Assembly: GCA_023213395.1 (NCBI GenBank)
Contig: CM041465.1
Location: 199,771,741-199,835,740 of the forward strand
Reading direction: 5' to 3'
Origin: Cycas panzhihuaensis
Lineage: Eukaryota; Plantae; Cycadophyta
DNA length: 64,000 nucleotides
Each line of letters opens with the position of its first letter. Positions within the stretch are counted from its first letter, which is position 1. The notes below the pieces were generated by a model, which was not told the DNA's origin, ran no database searches, and worked only from the letters and a program-made list of their open reading frames with translations. A program made the translations under genes and the position numbers. Positions 1-13,342 of this stretch are shown here, piece by piece.

Positions 1-429
1 AAAAAAAAAGAAAGAGAAAAAAAAAAAGAAAGAAAAAAAAAAAAAAAAACCCTTACAGGTATATACCTCATTTTGATCAGCACATCATACTAGTCAATTT
101 GTACTAGGTTGGTATATACTGTAAATTTTCACAATTTTTAGTACCTAGTCACTGGTGGGCCCTTAACCCCCCCCCCCCCCCCCCCCCCCCCTTACACTTC
201 ACATGCCCCATTCGAGCAAGCTTTTCGTACTGTTGAAAGAACTTAATATCTTGTTTATGTGACTTTCTTTGGGGTCAATAGGCTATAGACACCCCACAAT
301 CTCCCTATTCATGCCTCTCTCTTTCCTTTAATAACTCCCTTTTTCTTATGTCCCGTTCTTTCTTGATCTTTCCCACTTCGTTCATTCCCCTTCTTTCTAC
401 TTATTCTCGCCTCTTTATACCCTTTCTCC

Positions 430-3400
430 ATGGCTCCTCAAAGTAACAGTGACAAAATCTTGACACTCAAGATGGAAGTTAACAGAATTCATAATAAAAT
501 AGAGGACCTCGACCACATACTTGAGGAGGTTAAAATCGAAGTAGCTACCATGCATGTAGAATTTAACTCAAAATTTCAAAACCTAGCATCTCATGATGAT
601 GTCTAAGATGTAATTAAGAGGTTGAACAACTTCTCTCCTCCACCACCAGTTGGTCCTGCACAACAACAAATTGTGCCTCTGCCTCCATGTCAGTAACAAC
701 CATTCTATTATAAGATCAATATACCCACATTTGATCTAGATCTTAACAGGGATAATGCACAAAGTTAGATTAGCAAACTAGAGTCTTACTTTACACTCAA
801 CCAAATGTCAGTGAATGAGCAACTTATATTTACTTCTATTCACTTAGATGCGAAGGCACATCATTGGTTTCAATGGTAGAAATGGGAGTACCCCTCCAGC
901 CATTCTTGGGCATACTTCTCTACCTATTTTTTTGAGTAGTATGAAGACACTTGGAGTTAATCTTTTTTTACACAGCTAACACATTTGAAGCAAGTATCCT
1001 CTGTCGAAGTTTACACGGACGAGTTCTAATATTTACGTAATCAGGTTGATCAACAACTTGATAAATAGACAGAGATAGATACGTACATGTTTGGACTTAA
1101 AGAACGTATCTAAATGCGCTTGAAGACAGTCTCCCTATTCACTCTAAAGGATGTAATTAATATGGCTAAAGCAGTAGAAGTAGAATTTGCTGCAGAAAGA
1201 CCTCCTCCATTTAGATGAGACTCCACATGGTTTTCACGATCCCGACAAGTTGATACGACCTAGTCCCAGGGACCACGATCATGCCCATGACCAAAGGACA
1301 CCCCAACTACATCTCTCGAGCAACGCACTGAGGAATCATCATCGAACTCCATTCACATCACTCCTATAGAGGCACAACATCGTGAGGAAGCCGGTCTATA
1401 TATGTAATATTCTAGAAAATAGACCACTAGTCACAATAGAATCTGCAAAGCTAGGAAGATGGTCTTCACAATTGACCTAGACTTACCCTTGGATGATGAC
1501 CCTAAGACTGAGCATGAATATGATGATTAACCCCAAGACCACCCTGCTGATGAGTTACCCCCAAACCCTAAGCGTAAAGTTTCCTTATCCACTTTTACCT
1601 CCATTACATATCCTGAACTACTTCGAGTCAAAGGAATACTTAGGAAAACCCTAATTACTATTTTGATCGAGGGTGGCGCGCCACTAAATTTCATTGACAT
1701 CTCCATTGCCTGCCAATTGAATCTTTATATAGAACCTAAAACTGGCTTCACTTGCTTCTTACCTAGTCATCACACACTCCATTATGCGGGAACAATAAAA
1801 AACCTCACGATCCACATTGGCTCATATACCCTTATCTCTGATTTTTATGCCCTGTCCATAGGTGGGTTAGATGCAATTCTTGGTGTATAATGGCTCCAGA
1901 CTCTAGGGACTTATAGCACCAATAACTCACCCACGACCCCCTTCATTATGTTCAAAGATCAAATAGGCCACTCTCATAAACTTTATGGGATGCAAGCCCC
2001 CCCAAACAAAGTAATCTCACTCTCAAGAATGCGTCGCCAACTCAATGGTAACATCAGATACATTGTTCATCTTAATCATATTCAGGCACCCTCCGGTATC
2101 CACCCTGATATCCAGCAAGTATTAGATCGATACCAATCTATATTTGCTCTGTTACTTGCTAGCCCCCCACCTAATCGAGGCTTTTACTATACTATTGAGT
2201 TACAAAGTTCGCACAACCTGATAAGCCTTTGACCATATAGAAATTCCTATTTCCAAATAAATGAAATAAAAAAAATCATGCTAGAATTGTTGGACATGGG
2301 TATCATCCAAGCTAGTAAAAGCCCATATGCGGCACTTATTGTCTTAGTTTGCAAGAAGGATGGCTCTTTTTGACTTTGTATTGACTATCGTGCGCTCAAT
2401 AAAATCACTATAAAAAATAAGTTTCCCACACCATGAATCGATGACATGTTAGATGAAATCCATGGCACTGCAATTTTCACCAAGCTTGATTTGTAGTTAG
2501 GACACTACCAAATCCCCATCTTTTTAGAGGATCAATATAAAATAGCTTTCTGAACCCACCATAGCCACTTTGGGTTCCAGGTCATGCGCTTTGGCTTATG
2601 TAATGCTCCGGCCACCTTTCAGGCCCTCATGAACAAGATCTTTTCCCCATACTTACGAAAATTTGTCATCGTCTTCTTCAACGATATTGTTATCTATAGC
2701 TCAAACATGCCGGCCCATATCCCACATCTAGAAATAGTCCCTCAAATCCTAGCTGAGAATAAACTATATGCTAAGCTCTCCAAATGTGAATTTGGGAAAT
2801 CTGAATTACAATACCTTGGGCATATTATATCCTTTGTAGGGGTTCAGGTGGATCCTGATAAAATCTCTTTCATCACTAATTGACCAACCCCAAAAACCCT
2901 GGCCTAATTGCAGGCTTTCCTAGGACTTACCAGATTCTATCGACGGTTCGTTCGAAATTATGCCACCCTAACCTCTCCCTTAACCCACTTACTTTAGAAG
3001 GATTCCTTCCAGTGGTCCCCCTTAGCTAATGAGGCCTTCCTCTATTTAAAGGAGGTCATGACAACCACCCCAGTCTTGGCCTCTCCTGACTTTTCTCGGC
3101 CTTTCCAATTAGAATGTGATGCCTCTAGGTTTGGATTAGGTGTGGTCTTAATGCAAGACTTCCACCCCATTGCCTTCAAAAGTTGAAAGCTCAAAGATCA
3201 TAAGTGTAGACTTTCTACCTATCAAAAAGAAATGCGGGCCATCCTCCATGCTGTTGACAAGTAGTGACAGTATCTACTTGGCTCTAAATTCACTATCCTC
3301 ACTGATCATCATAGCCTTCTCTGTTTACTAGATCAACCAGTCCTCTCAGAAGAGCAGGCAAAATGGGTCGACTGCTTCCAAGTTTTTGATTTTATAATCA

Positions 3401-4945
3401 TATATAAAAAGGGAAAAGATAACATTATGGTAGATGCTCTCTCATGGTTGCCTTCACCTACACTTGGTGATAACACTGGTCATACTGAGGACCCCACCAT
3501 TTATGCCATTTCTTCCCCACAATTGACATGGCTATAGGATTTAGCCATGGCTAACCAAAACCAACATGATTTTGTGCATTGGGCCAATAAGGTCCACACT
3601 CATAAGGATTGGTCCATCCATAATAATCTTCTCTTATACCAAAATTGCATATTTGTACATCCCCTCTCAGCTTTTATCCTACAGATTTTATCACAATATC
3701 ATTCTTCCCCTCTTGGCAGCCACTCTGGTTTTGATAAAACTTACTGTAGGATTCGTTCTGACTTCTTTTGGCCATAAATGAAATCCACCATCCTTGCCTT
3801 TGTCTCAGAATGTGATACATGCCAATGTAACAAAGCTGATATAAAACCCCAACTGGGCCTTCTTCAACCATTGTACATCCCACAAGGTAAATGGCAAGAT
3901 ATTGCCATGGACTTTATAACAGGCCTACCATCATCTGCTGGATCTGACTCTATTTTAGCAGTCATAGATCGATTGACAAAATATGCCTACTTCTTGCCTA
4001 TCCACATAACCTAGAAAGCCCCACGCATCATTGATATCTACATCTAGACAATATTTTATTTGCATGGTTTTCCATCCACCATTGTATGTAATCGCGACAC
4101 AAAATTCACTAGCTCCTTTTGGCAAGAGCTATTTCGCGCATCAGGTACATCATTCAATATGAGTTCTGCATACCATCCACAGACCGATGGCCAATTTGAG
4201 GTCCTTAAAAAAACTCTGGAGACCTACTTATGTTGCTTTACATTTGACCACTAGTCTAAATGGACATCATGGCTAGCTCTAGCTAAGTATTGGAACAACT
4301 CCTCACACCATTTAACCATTGGAATGTCCCCATTTTTGGCCCTCTATGAGTATCCCCCTCCATCCCATCACACCTTAGCTACCAACCTCAAATGACAGTG
4401 CAACAAAATTCTGACATATGGACCAAATTCTCCACACCCTTAAATAAAACCTATCCATGGCCCAAAATCGAATGAAACAATTAGTAGACCGCCACTGCTC
4501 TGATCTCTCTTTTAATATTGGGGATCTGGTATTTCTTCATCTCCAACCTTATAAGCAACAATCCCTTTGCCATCATAAGAACCACAAACTCAGCCCTTGA
4601 TATTATGGCCCCTATAAAGTTCTTAAACGTATTGGTGAAGTTGCATATGCTCTCAACCTTCCCCTCACCACAAACATCCATAATATTTTTCATGTCTCTT
4701 ATCTTCAGAAATCTCTAAGCAAAACCCATACTCCCCAGACAACCCTTCCAATTTTAGATGAAGAGTAAACCTTGTCTGTACCTCCAGAATGTATCCTGGC
4801 TACTAGACAACGACGTCTCTAGAATCAGTCTATTTTAAAATATTTGATACAGTGGATAGGTTGCACCTTCGATGAAGCAACTTAGGAGTCTGATGAGTTT
4901 GTCAAAAAGCACCCATATCTCACCTGCCTTGAGGACTCGACATCT
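430..4945 (+). pseudogene. Decayed Ty3/Gypsy chromovirus gag-pol (gag, protease, RT, RNase H, integrase, chromodomain); short-LTR, Reina-like architecture
   Basis: Reading through stops from ATG 430: retrotrans gag (KINIPTFD..., W ISKLESYF, HLDAKAHHWFQW). Protease LIEGGAPLNFI ~1660 (decayed LIDSGATHNFI) and LDAILGV*WL. RT LCIDYRALNKIT and MRFGLCNAPATFQALMNKIF..FVIVFFNDIVIYS (2584-2883). RNase H LECDAS and TDHHSL. Integrase H-H-C-C, WQDIAMDFITGLP, SSAYHPQTDGQ, GPY module ~4610. Chromodomain KYLIQWIG..DEAT*E ~4840-4900. Confidence 0.95.
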
Positions 4946-4946
4946 T

Positions 4947-5358
4947 AGGGGAGGGGACTTGCTACATAACTTATTCGGCTAAGTTATGTAAACCACTATG
5001 GAACTTTGTACATGTGCTGTCTAGCAGGCCAATAGTATGCATGGGTGCTGTCATCCAATAGAATGTAAGGCCACTTAGGCCACTAATAGGATTACATGTA
5101 TAAGACCCTATTTTGTCTATATAAGGATCATAAATTATAAATGATGGTTATCTTGATAAAACATTTTTATAAAGATTATGCTGCCATACTTTCTATCTTT
5201 GGGTGATCATTTAGTGCTATGGTGTTTCTGTGAAACTCTTAGTTAGCTTATTTACTCTGTTGGATAAGAAGACGCTGCTGTGATTGTCAAATTCTTTGCT
5301 ATCTTAAGAGTATTGGTGAGAAGAAATGTCTCATCCTGATTGAACCAGCTTCACAACA
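4947..5358 (+). repeat. PPT (4947-4957) and 3' LTR (~4960-5358) of the first Gypsy element
   Basis: AGGGGAGGGGA directly after the chromodomain, followed by TG (TGCTAC) and a TATA-like ctatataa. The end at ...CACAACA is approximate because the 5' LTR is outside the window. Confidence 0.7.
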
Positions 5359-5667
5359 CATTTGATGAATCTAAAAACCATCACCCCTACACAAAGATAT
5401 CTCACCCGGAAGCTTAGTTGCTTAGTTTTTGTTATGAAACCCCACTCCCTCCTTCTCATTTTCTTATTTTCTCTCATTTTATTTATCATTTCATTGAGTG
5501 AACTTGGGTGAAGACCTCTTAGAGTCTACACAAAGCTGTCTCAGGATAGTTTGACTCACTTTATAGGTTGTATGACCTCTTAGTGCATGTACAACCCTCA
5601 TTAGCTCTGTAGCTCTATTCTTAGAATATAAGCATCATATCTTTGTGAAAATTTACATGGTACTAGC
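5359..5667 (+). repeat. Probable LTR 3' part followed by a decayed tRNA-iMet PBS
   Basis: ...GTGAAAATTTACA (5657) then TGGTACTAGC, resembling TGGTATCAGAGC. No partner LTR found in the window. Confidence 0.35.
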
Positions 5668-8101
5668 TATCAAGGAGATCTATAGGTCTCTCAAGTTTTG
5701 TTAGGATCTTTTGCTCGTGTGAGGAGTACGAGTTATATGAGGTCACCCCTGTGTGGACTCATTAGTAAACCTTGGTATGATCTTATTTCTATATATTTTT
5801 ATAAATATTTTAGTGATTAAATCCACATCAGTTTGATTGATTTTTATCTATATAAATTCACTCCGGTAGCCATTTTATTCCCATCTCTATTCACATCCTC
5901 CATTGTTTATTTTTTGAACCATTATTTATCAATTTTGAACTAGCTGGTGTATCTCCTATGTTGCTCAGAACCATAGCAAATGACTACTAGTTCTACTCAC
6001 AATTGAGTCATCTAGTTGTTGGAAAAGATCTCATCTTTTTTTTGTTGATTGTATTGAGAGATATCACTCCTCAAGTCAACATATATCTATTTTTGGCCTG
6101 TTTTGGTCCAAAGCCTCGTTCTAATTCAGCAGGTGACCATTCCTCATGAAATTTTACCAGCTTTGAGCCACCAGGCATATCTATCTATGTTTCAAATTTT
6201 GTCAGGATATGTGTGTCCAACGAGAAGTTTGAATCATCAGAACCTCTATATCTAGGTTTTTTCCTCATTTCTTCTTTGTTTTTTCATTTAAAACAAATAT
6301 TTTAAAATTTTTTAATGATTTAGGCCTGTGAAGTTGGGCGTCTATCTTCAGTGGATAAGTGTGAAGCTGTATGATTAAATTTTAGTGATTACTGTGACTA
6401 TATTTTGCCTTTATTCTTAAATTTATCATTGCTTGTTCCTCTTTTCATGTCATCATATGACTAATTAAAAATGAGTTTAAAATCATTTTTGATTTGTTTT
6501 CAGCTCAATCTGACTCTGTATTTGAGTCTAAATTTGATTATCATTTGTAATTGTTTGAGGCATTACATTATCATGAAAGTCACGCGGGTTTTATGTATTC
6601 ACATAAATTTAATTTTTTAATATTCATTTTGATGTATTAAAAGATTTAATTATATTATAACATTGCTAAAGTTCAAAGAAATTTAATTGTTATTCATTTC
6701 ATTTTAAATCAGTGTTATAAAAGGGCTTACCCCCTTGGTTCTTAACCCCTAGTTGTGACTTTGGTGTTAAGCTAATTAAGAGCTATTTTCATTATTTTTC
6801 AAGAGATTTCTTTCACCTCGGGTGCCTTCATTGGTAGACGAGCGTTTACTAAGTGTTTGAGATTTGCTACTCTTACAGAGATCTGTGTTGTGGTTTAAAT
6901 CCATCCCATATGATCGTGCACCCAAATTTTTAAAAGGGTCTAATTTATTTTATTAAAGGTTGCTTTATATTTTTCCTTAAGAGTCCAAATCACATTTAAT
7001 AATGTAACTCATCATTGGCATATTAGTTTTAATGACACTAGTCTCATTGGGACTATAATTCAGAGCACTATAGTGTGGAATCATTACTTGTTAAATTTGA
7101 GATTGTTTTAGCTAAGTTTTAATTGGTTAAAGTGATCCCTTTCTTCAGTTGTTATCTTATTAGCCATAAAGAGGCTTGCTTATGTTTTTTGCAATAACTT
7201 TGTCATATCAACTCTAGTTTTTGAATCGTTAGGTTCATCAGAAAGGCATTTTAGAGTACTATAAGTTGGAATTAGTTTTATTATATTTTGTCATTATTTT
7301 ATAAGTTTTTAAAGCTAATCAACTTGAGCTTCTTATTTATCCCTAGACATGCCTGTTTTATAAATTTTTTGAGTATTTCATTATTTAAAAATATTGTATT
7401 TAAAGTATTGTTTATTACTAATCAATTCTTTGAGTTATTATTGATTTTTGTATATACTTTTAAGCTATTTTACAACCAAGAGATATCATTTTTAGCACAT
7501 TGAGCTTTAAGTAACTTAAGTGGTGCAAAATTGACAAACGGGTACTATCTATATTAAATCTATTTTATTTCTTACATTATGAATTAAATACATATAGTTT
7601 TCTGGTATTTTGATTACTTTAATCAAAGATTCTATTTATAAATTTCAAGTTTTATATAGCTATTCTTACTTTACAAAGGAATAATTAGGTATTCATATTG
7701 TCTTGTATAATTTGACAAAGAAGTCATCTTATTTTTTAATTTTATTATTAGAGGTTTTAGTTCATTATACTATTTGAAAGCTATAAAGTTTAGTTGTAAA
7801 ATTTCATTGATTATTTATCTTAAAAACTAGTTTACATCTTAAAGCATTAAATGATCTCTTATTACATTGCATTCAAAAGGAACATATAGTTTCTTGTCTT
7901 TTCTACAAAATATATCAATTTAAAAGCACTAGTTTATATACTAGCTTATGCTCCTTAGTTTATTTGAAGAAGAAGAGTATACTAAACATCTCTTTCTTAT
8001 ACTCATTGTGACTTTACAAGGTTATTTCATTATACTTTTATTTGAAGATTACTCATTCATTGAAAGCCATATTGTTGATTATGTACTAAAGCATTTACAT
8101 G

Positions 8102-8395
8102 ATGGCAATGGATTCAAATAATATTAGCTTTCCAATATTTAATAGGAACGATTTTCAGTTTTGAAGGACCATTATAAAATCTCACCTAATGTTAAATAAC
8201 CTTTGGAAGTATATCAAGCATAGATATGAACCTAACAGAAAAGAAGACATAAAAAGGGATAATGAAGCCCTTTCATTTCTATTTTGTAGCTTAGATCATA
8301 ATGTGTTTTCTAATGTTTCAGATATGACTATATCCTAACTAGTATGGAATACATTAGATCTACTTTATGGGGGAGATTCCCTTAATTTCAACATT
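8102..8395 (+). pseudogene. Copia gag N-terminal remnant (DUF4219/UBN2-like)
   Basis: MAMDSNIISFPIFNRNDFQF*RTIIKSHLMLNNLWKYI...RDNEALSFLFCSLDHNVFSNV...LVWNTLDLLYGGDSL. No zinc knuckle or pol follows. Confidence 0.75.
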
Positions 8396-8817
8396 ACTAA
8401 CTGTATTGATAACATTTTTCCTATGAGATAGATGGTAGAGTAGGTACCATATGAAGAAAAGATTAACATTTCTTATATTAATATAAATTTTATTGAAAAT
8501 AATGATTCTAATATTACATTTGATAAGATGATATATATCAAGGATTCAACTTAAATGAAGGTCAAAGATCATAACAAAGCCATTTCCATTCCTATAAATC
8601 AAGCTACATCCACAACACCTACTTGGAAGCTACCCTCACTATATGATTTTGAATAGACACAAGTTGTTGAAAAGATGATCAAGCAAGTTGTTATTTACTT
8701 CATCAAGCATGTTGATCACCAAGCTAAAGGACAAGTTTTTAAAGTCATTTTCAAATACAGGTACCATAAGTTCAAGGACAAATGAAGAATGATGGTGATG
8801 ACCATTAAGGGGGAGTA

Positions 8818-9145
8818 TGTTGGGGTTAATACTCATCACCGCACTCCTACCTTTTGCACATGTGAGTACACATATGTTAAGGTAAGTTTGGTAAGGTTAA
8901 TTTTAACTTAAGTATTATTTTAATGTTGTTTAAATTTTAGAGGTTAAGGAGGTTTCCCTCCTCCCTCATAATTATATATTTTTAAGGTGAAAAACTCTAG
9001 TGTCTTTTGAAACCACCAACATTTAGAAACTTATAGTACTCATTTAAAATGGATTGAATGATATTGATATTTGCTTATATTTTCTCAATATAGATTGATG
9101 AGCATACCTACTCTAGTCTATACTCCTTATATTATTTTTCCAATA
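8818..9145 (+). repeat. 3' LTR of non-autonomous element copy 1
   Basis: Runs TGTTGG...CCAATA. Shares blocks GTTAAT..TCATCAC, GGTTAAGGAG.TTTCCCTCCTCCC and ATGGATTGAAT with the reverse complement of 35332-35741. Confidence 0.85.
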
Positions 9146-12100
9146 TGCCTAAGATATGGGCTCATAGATATTTGAATATACTAGGCATAAAGGTTCCTTG
9201 GCATACCAAGCTCTCTCATTTGACTTAAAAGAAGCCTGATGGTATTTTCCTATTACATAAGCTTCACAAAAATATTTAGTCTCCTTAATATTTGGTATGC
9301 CATATACCATATTGAATTTATAAATAAGATGAAGGATGGCCATATTCAAGTGATGTAGGCATTGATTCCATAACTAGTCTTTTAGAATCTTTGGAGAAAT
9401 ATATGTCTGAGAAGCAAATTGATCATCTAAATTTGATGTCAAATTAGAAGGATTATGAGTTAAAGTTATATTACTGCAAGAACTAACTTTAGGTGTGTGT
9501 ATCAATGGTTTGGTCACTGCATCAAGTTTGTAAAGTCCCTAATCTTTATATCCTGAGGTAATTAAGTTTCCATTTAGATTAGAAATCAGGCATTTTCTAA
9601 GATGGCTAAAAAAATATCAAAGTTTTATTCATTTATTTAGCTAACTAAAAGTAAGTTATATGTCATGCTAGGTACATAGAACACATTGTTAAGATGATGA
9701 TGAGTGTTCAAAAATTTCAGTGAAATAGGAAAAATACCAATCTTAGCAACCTCTAAAGTTCCATCATCTTAAAGATTATAGATTTATCCTTGATCAGTCA
9801 AGAATTCTTTTGATCATGTCATATGTTAAGAAGCACCTGAATTGATTAACTATAAGATATTAGAATGATGTGATGACAAATTGACAAAGAAAATATTTTA
9901 AGATTTTTATTTCTTTGAGGAGTATTCTAATTATATCTCATTAGTCTTTAGAAGTTCAGTTGATTCTATCTCTGAGGTCCCTAGTAGTTTCCACATCCAC
10001 AGGTCTGATTACCCTACATAATAGGGCATTTTTAAAACTATTTCTATTGAAGCTTAGCTCTCTTTTTCCTACAGTCTGGTACTATGTATCTAGGTTTTCC
10101 ACAATAGTGACAAATAATCTACGGATTATAAGATGATCGAGGTCGATGTGGCTGATTAGGTTACTCGTTCAAATTTATTGAACCAAACTAATGTGAAATC
10201 TATAGACATTGAGATCTTCCTTTATGTCTAGCTACAAATGCTAGTGTGGAAGACGAAGCTCTAAGATTCCCAAAATGATTCAAAATGCATTCTTCTTGGA
10301 GTAATAAACCATCAAATATATTGAAATTAATGGTAGTAAGTTGGCCCACATATAATAGATTGGATATAAGGGTATCATAACTAGGTGGAAAAGTATTAAT
10401 AATGCTGGATACAAGATCACTATTCATTGGTAGTTAGCCTATAGCTAATAACTAGTTCTTGATCACCTTAATATGAGATAAGTGAGCTATTATGGATCTT
10501 ATAAATGGAATAGAGAAAAGCTAAGCTTTGAGCATCATTGACCTTGTATTATCCATCCTCTTGTAGAGTGCAGAAATAATGTTCTAAGCTTCAGTAGAGG
10601 TAGAGGCAAGTTCTATATTCTAGTTGACATTATTCTCATAGGATAGGTGAAGAAAAGAAGGGGCAACTTCATCAAACTCAACAAAGGGAGCTACTTCATA
10701 AGGATCCTGTAAAATAAGGTTATCATGATCATTATAATCTTTAGTAGGAATTGGCTTAGGAATTTTTCCAAAAATATAAGACCAAAGTTTATTTATAATC
10801 AAGATATTCTTAAATTATTTCTTCTAATCTAATAAGTTATCACTACAAGATAGTTTAATGGTATTAGTTATAATTATCTATAGTGTCTAAGATATGTCCT
10901 ATTCTACCTAAAAAGGTTGATTTAAGCTAGGATCTAAGTCTTAATGTCTCCACTCCTAAATAGCCCCTGCTAGTGGAGATGATCCTTTCAAATGGCATAC
11001 CTACTTACAAGTGGTAGCTTGGGGACCTAATATACTCAAAGGTATGTAGGTGCTATAGAAGTCTTAGCCATCCCCCTAATACTATTGGGCCACTTGCCCC
11101 AAATTTATGACCTAAATAATAGATGCTCATCTAAGGGCATACTTCTAACTAAGGCACTCACTCTCTCCAGGTCTATCCAAGTCTCCAAACTCTAAGGTTT
11201 TAGGTATAACACCTTAACCTACCATTAATTACACTTGATAACTAAAGGGCTCTCTAATATCCATAGAATTTAAGAAGGATCGATAATGTATGTGGAGTGC
11301 TAACTTTAGGGGTCCTAACCATTCCTCTTATAAGGCTAGTAATTGGGTGGTTTCTTTGGTTCTTATCTTTTTAATATTTTTAGTTAATTTAAAAAAAAAA
11401 TTATGATTAATTAATTTATTTTAATGTGTTTAAGCAAAAAAAAAAAAAAAAAAAATTGAAAACATACCTAAAAATAGATTTAAAAAATACCTAAAAGGCT
11501 TTAAATGATTTAAAAACTATTAAAAAGATAACTTTAGGTTATGAAATATGTTAAGAATGGAATATTCTAGGGATATACTAAATTATATAACCTAAATTTT
11601 TTAAAACTATATAAAAATCAAATTTAGGTAGTGAGATTTAAAAAAAATAAAGTAGTAGTGAGGATACAAAAGGTAAATTCTCTCTATTGAATCAATAGAT
11701 TCTTAATCTATCTTCTTTATTGAAAAGTAGACTTAACCATGATTAGATTAAGTGGTTATAAGCTACACTTCTGTCCATTCAAGTATTCACAAGAACTAAC
11801 TAAATTTAGTGGAAAATTATTCATCCTTAGATAATGGAAAAGCTAAAAAATTAGAGCATAAATATAGTTTATTCACCTCTATATCAAGTAGAAATCAATT
11901 GCATTCAATTTGTAATAGATATATATTCTATAATTTATAAAAAATCAACCATTTATAAATGATTGTAAACTACACAGGGCTACTAAAATCGTATGAGTAA
12001 GGAGACATATAATTCCTTTTAAAGGCCTCACAAGGCCAAAAATGATCCATATAGGGCTCTAATAAATCCACATAAAGAATAGTAATGACCCAACAACTTC

Positions 12101-13342
12101 AACATGTTATAGAAAAATATAAGTACAAGCCAATATAGGGAATGATAAAACCATGAAATGATATAAAATGGGTCATGAATGGACCACATAAACTCATGAT
12201 TAGGTCTAAGGATCGACAACAACCTCTAAACATCATGCAGAGATGTGTATGATCAAAAGCAAAATAAAAACAAATCTACACATGGTTGTAAATTAGAGTA
12301 GATGCCACACTAAGCATGAAAGATGCTGAAATCATTCAACAAGAGCTTCTTTAATATATAATAACCACACTAAAGTTGTGCTTTATGTAAAACAATTGTA
12401 ATATAACTCAATTAGGATTTGCCAACTAGCACTAGTATAAGTACTTTTCAAATAGAGGTATAACAACTTATGTTAATCAAGGTGCAACTCCAAAAGAAGG
12501 TTAAATAATAGCCAAGAGTTTAGTTTTAAAATGGTATCCAGATAGATATTTCATAAAGAAATATTCTAAATACAAGTCTGATCTTTGCTTTGGAGTAAAA
12601 AAATTGAAAAATGTAGCCTACAAAATGTGTGATAAGCCAACAAGTCTTAAAATATAAAGCATATTCAATATACAAAATTTGAAGCACCAATATAGCCTAT
12701 TAAGCCAATAAATCTCTAAGAGAGTAGCCAACAAATAGTTCTCTATTTAATAGTAGATTGGAGTCATGAAGGAGCTGCACTAGAGGAGTAAACTATGTAA
12801 AAGATAGGATGAATATTGATCAATAAACTTAGTAGAGACAAGCTCTGATACTCAGTGATGGAGGATGGATGTCTACCTGGTTTGCAACCCAGGTTTAAGA
12901 CTCATGACATCCTCACTAATATTCATTTAATGGAAAAATAAAATAAAGATAAGCTCAAAATCATAAGCATAAGAATTAATCTTAAATGCTTTAAATAAAA
13001 AATGTTTGTATTCCATTCATTCATAAGAAATTATAATGCAATATAATATGAAGAATGTCTTATACATAAGACAAAATGGAGGTGATTATAAAATATAAAG
13101 AAGGTAAATTGAAGGGTCATACAAGGTGTGAAATGGACTTTGCATTATTACAATAATTTATGACACCTTCATATGAGGATAAAATAATACCCCGTACTAC
13201 TAGGTTTACAACATTAAGTTGTGACTTAACTTATTTACATGAAATGAAGCCCTCATCATAAATATATACAACATTAACATTAATGGTACAAAGATTAATA
13301 AATCAATGAAATAAACATTAACTCTTCTACTAAATCCTAATA
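9146..13342 (-). mobile_element. Ty1/Copia element A, 5' half (5' LTR, PBS, long UTR, gag, protease, GAG-pre-integrase, start of integrase)
   Basis: LTR 12856-13342 (rc TATTAGG...CCATCA), PBS-like rc TGAGTATCAGAGCT 12841-12854. Gag NKLWSYIFGKIPKP (~10800), zinc knuckle ICHYCGKPRYIVPDCRKK (~10110), protease INSGAS*HMT (~9840), CEAYVIGKYH...EPLCLVYSNIYEP, cut at 9146. Confidence 0.85.

Larger units (their letters stand above)
5658..9145 (+). mobile_element. Non-autonomous Copia-derived LTR element, copy 1 (long AT-rich internal region, gag N-terminal remnant, PPT, 3' LTR); left boundary uncertain
   Basis: Gag remnant at 8102, PPT TTAAGGGGGAG ~8805-8815, LTR 8818-9145. The LTR, PPT-proximal region and gag remnant align by eye with the reverse complement of the 22925-35741 element. 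It interrupts a Copia integrase at 9146. Confidence 0.7.

Noticed and set aside
1-192. Poly(A)-rich and poly(C) tracts
   Set aside because: Homopolymers in the Gypsy 5' UTR; no evidence of a telomere or separate element, and lengths may be unreliable.
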